From IMG/VR virus record IMGVR_UViG_3300032117_000008: DNA of 62,865 bases. One strand, written 5' to 3'. The stretch is from an uncultured virus (IMG/VR IMGVR_UViG_3300032117_000008). Its lineage: Duplodnaviria; Heunggongvirae; Uroviricota; Caudoviricetes. Positions 57,292 through 62,865 of this stretch are shown piece by piece (the stretch's first letter is position 1; each line of letters opens with the position of its first letter). The notes beneath the pieces were generated by a model, which saw nothing but the letters and a program-made list of their open reading frames with translations, was not told where the DNA came from and did no database searches. Position numbers and translations under genes: made by a program.

Positions 57292-57582
57292 ATGAGTAAC
57301 CTCAATGTAAACGTATTAGTTGCAAAAAAGAGAGCAGTACATGTCTCTACAAACGCCACTGCTGGTGTTATTGACACTACTGTACCAGTAACCATTAAAA
57401 CGATACCTGTATTATCTCAAATTGGTTCCGGACCCGGTACTTTAGAAAGTTTATCTGATGTTGTAGCGGTTAATGAGACAACAGGCGATACTCTAGTGTA
57501 CGATTCAACATCTAAAACATGGATTGCGCAACCTTTAGATATATCTAATATTACTGGCAACATTGATGGCGGAACTTTTTAA
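57292..57582 (+). CDS. Small fibre-associated protein
   Basis: LSDV, G.TLVYD...W, C-terminal DGGTF. Confidence 0.65.
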   Translation: MSNLNVNVLVAKKRAVHVSTNATAGVIDTTVPVTIKTIPVLSQIGSGPGTLESLSDVVAVNETTGDTLVYDSTSKTWIAQPLDISNITGNIDGGTF

Positions 57583-57618
57583 TTTATAAATATAATAAAA
57601 TAAAAAAAGGAACAATCA

Positions 57619-60051
57619 ATGGCTAATAATGTAATGCAAATTCTAAGAAGCCCAACAACAGCAACACCAGCTTCGTTGTTGCCGGGGCAATTAGCTTATT
57701 CTAATGCGGTAGGTGGTACTGGTGTACTTTATATTGGTTCTACCGATGGTGCAACAGTTGTTCCAATTGGTGGTGTTAGAAATCCAGGAACTCTTACTGC
57801 CAACCAATCGCTCGTAGCTAACTCTACTTCTGGCATCAATTCGATTCAGACTGGAAATCTTGTTCTTGTTGGTACTTCTGGTACCATCAATGCGAATGGA
57901 TCAACAGGTACTGCTGGTTACGTTCTATTTTCAGGTGGTACCACCAACGCTTACTGGGCTTCTACTGGATCACTAACTACAAACGTCGCCGCTCAGTATG
58001 CATGGACTAATACTCAGTCATTTTCGAACACAATAACATTTAATGGTCAGGTAAATTTTGCCAACGCTATAAGCGCAAATGGCGCCGTTGGAACTTCGGG
58101 TTACGTTCTTGTTTCCGGCGGTACGGGATCTAACGCCTATTGGGCTGCTCCCGGTTCAATGTCTATTAATACTGCATCCCAATTTACTTGGTCAAATACT
58201 CAAACATTCCAAAACACAATTACTTTCAGTACACAGATACTGGCTAACGCGATTAATGCGACTTCTTATACCGCTGGCGTTTTTGGTTCTGCAACTAGCG
58301 GATTTTTAGCTAATTCTACAGAAATTGCTGTTGGTAACTCGACAGTAAACGGTACAATAACATCTAATTCAACAGTAACATATTTTACCGGCACAGCTTA
58401 TACAGCAAATAACGCAACGAATCTTGGTGGTACCGCTGCGGCTTCTTATCAGTTAAATAGCACTTTAGGCGCAAATATTGCTTCTTACCTACCGACTTAT
58501 GCAGGTACAGTTAATGCTGCAGTTATAACTGATGGTAGTTACGGAACCGCATCAAATGGATTCGTAATCAACTCAACCGCAATGGCTTGGGGTAACTCAT
58601 CAGCCAACGTATACATCGGATGGGATTCGACAGGACAAGATCTATTATCGATCGGCGGAAACATTAATAACTACGTAGAAGCGGCTATCTGGAATAGTAA
58701 CGCCGGAACTTCTGCTTCTGCTGACTTCTCTATTAATGATAATCTTGGGCTTTACTCAAACAACTTCATTGATATTGGTATTAATGGTTCTAATTGGTCA
58801 AATTCTCAGTGGACAATCAACGGTCCATCTGACGCTTACATTTATACAGGTAATACAAATCTAGCGGTTGGTACGGGCGGTAACCAAGGTAATATAGTAT
58901 TCTTCACGGCTGGAACTCTCGCTGGAAATGAAAGAATGCGTATTACAACTTCTGGTAATGTTGGTATTGGTAACACCAATCCAACTGATAAGTTATCGGT
59001 TAACGGCTCAACGACTCTTGGTGGAACTGTAGTTACAGGAAATACAACCGTAACCGGTTTTGTAAACGCAACTTCTTCAGTAAACGCCTCTTCTCTTACA
59101 GTTGGTACTGGGTTTATTGCCAACACTACTGGCGTGTATGCTGGTGTTGTAAATGGTTCAACAATTTCCGTTGGTACTGCCTTTACTGCTAACTCGACTC
59201 TCGTAAATGCGGCTGCAATAAACGTAGTAAATCAGGTTAACACTGCTACTCTGTTTGCAACTACTTCTGCGAACATAGCTTCTGCAGTTCTTGCAAACTC
59301 AAGCGGTCTTTATACCACTGGTACTGTTAACGCCGTGTCACACACAGTAGGAACTAACTTCGTAGCGAACTCTTCTGCCATAACTTTGACCGGCACTTAT
59401 GCTATCAATGGTTCAACTACAGATCTTTCGGTAAGAAATGCTACCTTCTCTGGAAACGTTGTTGTATCAGGTAGCGTTGTAACGGTAAACAGCGCCACAC
59501 TTCAGGTTAACGATAACGTTATAGAAGTTGGTTTTAATAATGGTTCCCTATCAACAGATGCAATAGACGCAGGTATTTACACTCCGTCGAATACTTCCGG
59601 AACTCTACAGTATTCTGGTATCGCTCGTATCGCTGCATCTTCTACCAATGGTAATCCATGGTATAAGATTTTTAACACTACTGCAAATCCAAATAGCGGT
59701 CTAACTATCACTAGTTCGACGACTGGTATACTTCAAGCTTATCTGTATCCATACGGAACTGGCGGTGCTTTTGTTGCTAACTCTACAGCTGTTAATATTA
59801 CCGCAAATGGTACAGTTTCTTCGGCTATAGTTGCTAACAGCTTGACTTTGAGCACTGCATTGGCAGCTACGTACGGTGGTACTGGATTACTTGGTTCTTC
59901 TTATGCTGCTGGTGATTTGCTTTACGCAGCTATTTCATCTCCTTCAGCTTTAAGTAGATTATCAGTACCCGGTTCAGCGGCCAATGGTCAAGTGTTACAG
60001 ATTACTAACAACTTACCAGCTTACGGAACTCTTGACGGCGGAATTTTCTAA
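57619..60051 (+). CDS. Tail fibre protein
   Basis: L.PGQLAYS N-terminus, ERMRITTSGNVGIG, DGGIF end; TATAAATA at 57585. Confidence 0.75.
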   Translation: MANNVMQILRSPTTATPASLLPGQLAYSNAVGGTGVLYIGSTDGATVVPIGGVRNPGTLTANQSLVANSTSGINSIQTGNLVLVGTSGTINANGSTGTAGYVLFSGGTTNAYWASTGSLTTNVAAQYAWTNTQSFSNTITFNGQVNFANAISANGAVGTSGYVLVSGGTGSNAYWAAPGSMSINTASQFTWSNTQTFQNTITFSTQILANAINATSYTAGVFGSATSGFLANSTEIAVGNSTVNGTITSNSTVTYFTGTAYTANNATNLGGTAAASYQLNSTLGANIASYLPTYAGTVNAAVITDGSYGTASNGFVINSTAMAWGNSSANVYIGWDSTGQDLLSIGGNINNYVEAAIWNSNAGTSASADFSINDNLGLYSNNFIDIGINGSNWSNSQWTINGPSDAYIYTGNTNLAVGTGGNQGNIVFFTAGTLAGNERMRITTSGNVGIGNTNPTDKLSVNGSTTLGGTVVTGNTTVTGFVNATSSVNASSLTVGTGFIANTTGVYAGVVNGSTISVGTAFTANSTLVNAAAINVVNQVNTATLFATTSANIASAVLANSSGLYTTGTVNAVSHTVGTNFVANSSAITLTGTYAINGSTTDLSVRNATFSGNVVVSGSVVTVNSATLQVNDNVIEVGFNNGSLSTDAIDAGIYTPSNTSGTLQYSGIARIAASSTNGNPWYKIFNTTANPNSGLTITSSTTGILQAYLYPYGTGGAFVANSTAVNITANGTVSSAIVANSLTLSTALAATYGGTGLLGSSYAAGDLLYAAISSPSALSRLSVPGSAANGQVLQITNNLPAYGTLDGGIF

Positions 60052-60081
60052 TATCATCATAACCACAAAGTGATTATACCT

Positions 60082-60288
60082 ATGGAACAAGAATTAGTCA
60101 ATACATATATTGAAAAAATGTCAAATAGATTGGGGGATTTTTTAAAATCAGAAATCCTCCTTCAGACTCAATTAGAATTAGCACAAAGAGTCGTTAAGTC
60201 TTTAACTGACGAAAACAATGAATTAAAAGCACAGTTAGAAAAACTAAATAAGAAAAAGAAACCGGAAGTAGATACTTCTTCGTTTTAA
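60082..60288 (+). CDS. Small coiled-coil protein (possible fibre chaperone)
   Basis: Heptad pattern; lies between fibre genes. Confidence 0.55.
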   Translation: MEQELVNTYIEKMSNRLGDFLKSEILLQTQLELAQRVVKSLTDENNELKAQLEKLNKKKKPEVDTSSF

Positions 60289-60324
60289 TCCTCGGTATAT
60301 ACCGATTGAATAGGAGCGCCAAGA

Positions 60325-61692
60325 TTGGCCAATAATATTTTTCAGGTAAAGCGCACCAGCACTTCTGGAAGAACGCCTAACACTACCAGTTCGTCTAATA
60401 GTCAATACATCAACGCCGGTGAATTTGCTCTGAATATGACCGATCAGATTCTTTATACATCTGACGGAACGAATCTTATTACAGTTGGCGCTAATACAGT
60501 TAATCATAACGTGACTGGCAATTTAACTGTAAAAGCGATTGTAGCAAATAATTCGCTAGGTACAGCTAACCAAGTATTAACATCAAACGGATCTACAGTT
60601 TATTGGTCAACAGTTTCTGGTGGCGGAGGTGGTAGCGCATTACCTGCTCGTCAAATCTATACAGCCAATGGTTCGGTAAACACATTCACTGTAACTGGTG
60701 GTTACTACGCCAATAATCTTGACGTATATCTCAATGGCGTTAAGCTTGTTAATGGTACAGATGTTAATACAGCAAGTGGTTCTACTTTTACAATCCTTGG
60801 ATCTAATCCTCCCAATAATGCTGTTATCGAAGTTGTTGGTACATCAGCATTAACAACTACTGGCGTAAGTACAGTCGTAAATCAACAAATTACTGCTAAT
60901 GGTTCGGCAAACTCTTTTGCTATCACTGGTGGTTATATTCCAAATGGTATTCAGGTTTATCTTAATGGCGTTAAACAAATACCTGGAACAAACGTGTTTA
61001 TAACTTCTGGAGCTAACGTTGGATTCGCTGTTACACCTTCTAACAACTATATTATCGATGTTTATGGTTATCAAACGGCTGTTTCTTATGTTTCTAATAC
61101 TGTCGTTGTCGGCAATACAACTATTGGTTTAAATAGTATTACCACAAATGCAATTAGCGCCAATGGTTCCGTTGGTTCTAATGGACAGGTATTAACATCT
61201 AATGGTTCTGCAGTTTATTGGGGCGCTGGTAATGGACCTGCATTTAGTTGTTATCCAAATGCACAACAAACCATATCAAATTCAACATTTACACTTGTCG
61301 CAAACCAAGTAAAAGAATACGACACAAACACTTGTTATAATAATACAGGTTCAACAGTAACACTTAATGGCTTATCTGTTCCAGCCTATGCTTTTTGCCC
61401 TAATGTCGCTGGATATTATATGTTTACTGGCGCAATTCAATATGGAGCTAGTATTACAGATATTCTTGTGCAGCTTTCGAAAAATGGCGGAGCATATCAA
61501 AAAAGAGGTTCATTGATTACTGGAACATCGGCTGGCACAAGCGTAGCTGCTATGTTTTATTTAAATGGAACTGGTGATTATGTTCAACTTTATACATATC
61601 AAGGAAGTGGATCTTCTCAAAATACTGATGGGATATCTGGCGATTGGCCAATCGTGCAGTATTTTCAAGGTTGCATGATGAGAGGTGCTTAA
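60325..61692 (+). CDS. Tail fibre protein with C1q-like tip
   Basis: TTG start with AGGAG SD; GEFALN..D..LY, two VYLNGVK domains, GPAFS..P.VAGYY..YLNG.GDYV. Confidence 0.72.
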   Translation: MANNIFQVKRTSTSGRTPNTTSSSNSQYINAGEFALNMTDQILYTSDGTNLITVGANTVNHNVTGNLTVKAIVANNSLGTANQVLTSNGSTVYWSTVSGGGGGSALPARQIYTANGSVNTFTVTGGYYANNLDVYLNGVKLVNGTDVNTASGSTFTILGSNPPNNAVIEVVGTSALTTTGVSTVVNQQITANGSANSFAITGGYIPNGIQVYLNGVKQIPGTNVFITSGANVGFAVTPSNNYIIDVYGYQTAVSYVSNTVVVGNTTIGLNSITTNAISANGSVGSNGQVLTSNGSAVYWGAGNGPAFSCYPNAQQTISNSTFTLVANQVKEYDTNTCYNNTGSTVTLNGLSVPAYAFCPNVAGYYMFTGAIQYGASITDILVQLSKNGGAYQKRGSLITGTSAGTSVAAMFYLNGTGDYVQLYTYQGSGSSQNTDGISGDWPIVQYFQGCMMRGA

Positions 61693-61693
61693 T

Positions 61694-61867
61694 ATGTCTC
61701 TTTATGAAAAAATAATCAAACTTTATCCAACATTAACAATGGCAGATTTTGCTTTTGGTACGGGAACCATTGTTTTACAAAACGATGGTGAGGGTGATTA
61801 TATAAAATCTTGGAATCATCCTACTCTTGCTCAACCCACGGAACAACAACTTGCATCAGTACAATAA
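61694..61867 (+). CDS. XkdW-like fibre assembly protein
   Basis: LQNDG.GDYIKSWNHPTLAQPTEQQL. Confidence 0.65.
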   Translation: MSLYEKIIKLYPTLTMADFAFGTGTIVLQNDGEGDYIKSWNHPTLAQPTEQQLASVQ

Positions 61868-61878
61868 AGGCATAACAA

Positions 61879-62100
61879 ATGACAATAACTAATGATCTTG
61901 CTGTTCTTGCTGGTGGTGCTGGTAGTGGTGTAACATACCGTAATCGTCTCATCGATGGCGGATTTCAAGTTTGGCAACGCGGTACTTCTTTTGCAATGGC
62001 AAATGTTGCCAGTGCAGACATTTATACAGCCGATCGTTGGATAGGCGAAGCGAGCGGAGGCGGCGGTAACCAAACTGGCAGCACTGTAACATTTGCGTAG
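61879..62100 (+). pseudogene. Truncated tail fibre gene
   Basis: RNRLIDGGFQVWQRGTSF..YTADRW domain opening, cut by TAG after 73 aa. Confidence 0.55.
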
Positions 62101-62128
62101 CATCATAAATAATAATAAAAGGTAGAAA

Positions 62129-62865
62129 ATGACACAGGCATATCAATTAGGCGATCTTGGACAACTACTGACAGTTGATGCTGTCGGTAACAATATCACA
62201 TTGGCTGCCAATAGTGTTGTTGTTGGTAATGCTTCTGTTAATGCTACTATTAACTCGACTGCTTTTACAGGTACAGCTAACAATACATCTTTCGTAGGAA
62301 CTGTATCTGCAGCTAACGTAGTTTCGAATGCGCAGTTGACTGCCAACTTAGCAAACTACCAAACCACAGCAGGATTATCTGCTAACGTTGCGACATTATC
62401 TTCAAATAATGCATCATATCTTGGTGGAGTAGCAGCCGCATCATATGTTAATACTTCTGGTGCTTACACAAGAACTGGTGTCACAACATTCAGCGCAAAT
62501 CTTATAATTTCAACAACTGCTGGTATTTCTGCTAACGGATCTTTTGGCACAGCCAACCAAGTTCTTACTTCTAATGGTAGCACTGTTTATTGGTCGACAG
62601 TTTCTGGTGGTGGCGGTGGTTCAGTAAACGTTGCTGCTCAGTACACATGGACAAACACACAAACATTTACGAATACAATTACATTTAGTAGCACTATTAA
62701 CGGTACGGCTAATAATACTTCTTATGTTGGCTCTGTCACCGCTGCTAATGTTGTTTCCAACGCACAATTACAATCTAATTTAAGCAATTATCAAACTACC
62801 GCTGGGTTATCAGCCAACGTAGCAACATTAGCTGCAAATTCATCTACTTATGCAAATCAGTCAAT
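62129..62865 (+). CDS. Tail fibre protein, runs off the window end
   Basis: Open frame from ATG 62129 (MTQAYQLGDLG...); shares GTANQVLTSNGSTVYW and QYTWTNTQTF modules; CATAAATA upstream. Confidence 0.75.
   Translation, partial: MTQAYQLGDLGQLLTVDAVGNNITLAANSVVVGNASVNATINSTAFTGTANNTSFVGTVSAANVVSNAQLTANLANYQTTAGLSANVATLSSNNASYLGGVAAASYVNTSGAYTRTGVTTFSANLIISTTAGISANGSFGTANQVLTSNGSTVYWSTVSGGGGGSVNVAAQYTWTNTQTFTNTITFSSTINGTANNTSYVGSVTAANVVSNAQLQSNLSNYQTTAGLSANVATLAANSSTYANQS

Noticed and set aside
1..62865. Stop-codon reassignment
   Set aside because: Core genes are full length in the standard code, and all three stops are used at gene ends

Overview
This window is part of a large T4-like myophage genome. 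The host is very probably an alphaproteobacterium, as suggested by a two-piece tmRNA, a DUF1127 gene and an RpoH/ROSE-controlled hsp20. 1-11.9 kb is a leftward block: a gp43 DNA polymerase split into two genes by a free-standing HNH endonuclease, two lysis enzymes, DUF1127, Hsp20, a papain-like protease, SPFH and DUF6745 genes, and a 40-aa ArfA-like ribosome-rescue peptide missed by the ORF track. 8.3-24.5 kb is a divergent early region built from about 25 near-identical sigma70-type promoter cassettes, each driving one or a few small genes. It also shows duplications, a chimeric micro-ORF, antisense promoters, two IHF boxes and a four-copy dyad motif. 25.7-26.2 kb holds a circularly permuted tmRNA (tag ANDNNASGFALAA), tRNA-Arg(UCU) and a long-variable-arm tRNA-Ile(UAU). 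26.2-28.7 kb holds gp33, gp59 and gp32. 28.7-62.9 kb is the tail/baseplate module: a tape-measure-like protein, gp51/gp26 with a candidate -1 frameshift, gp54, gp2, gp4, gp48, gp53, hub, split gp5, gp25, gp6-8, DUF4815-like proteins and fibres. The best candidate for an undescribed system is a phage translation-rescue suite (tmRNA + ArfA-like peptide + rare-codon tRNAs). All product calls rest on motif recognition by eye; no searches were run.
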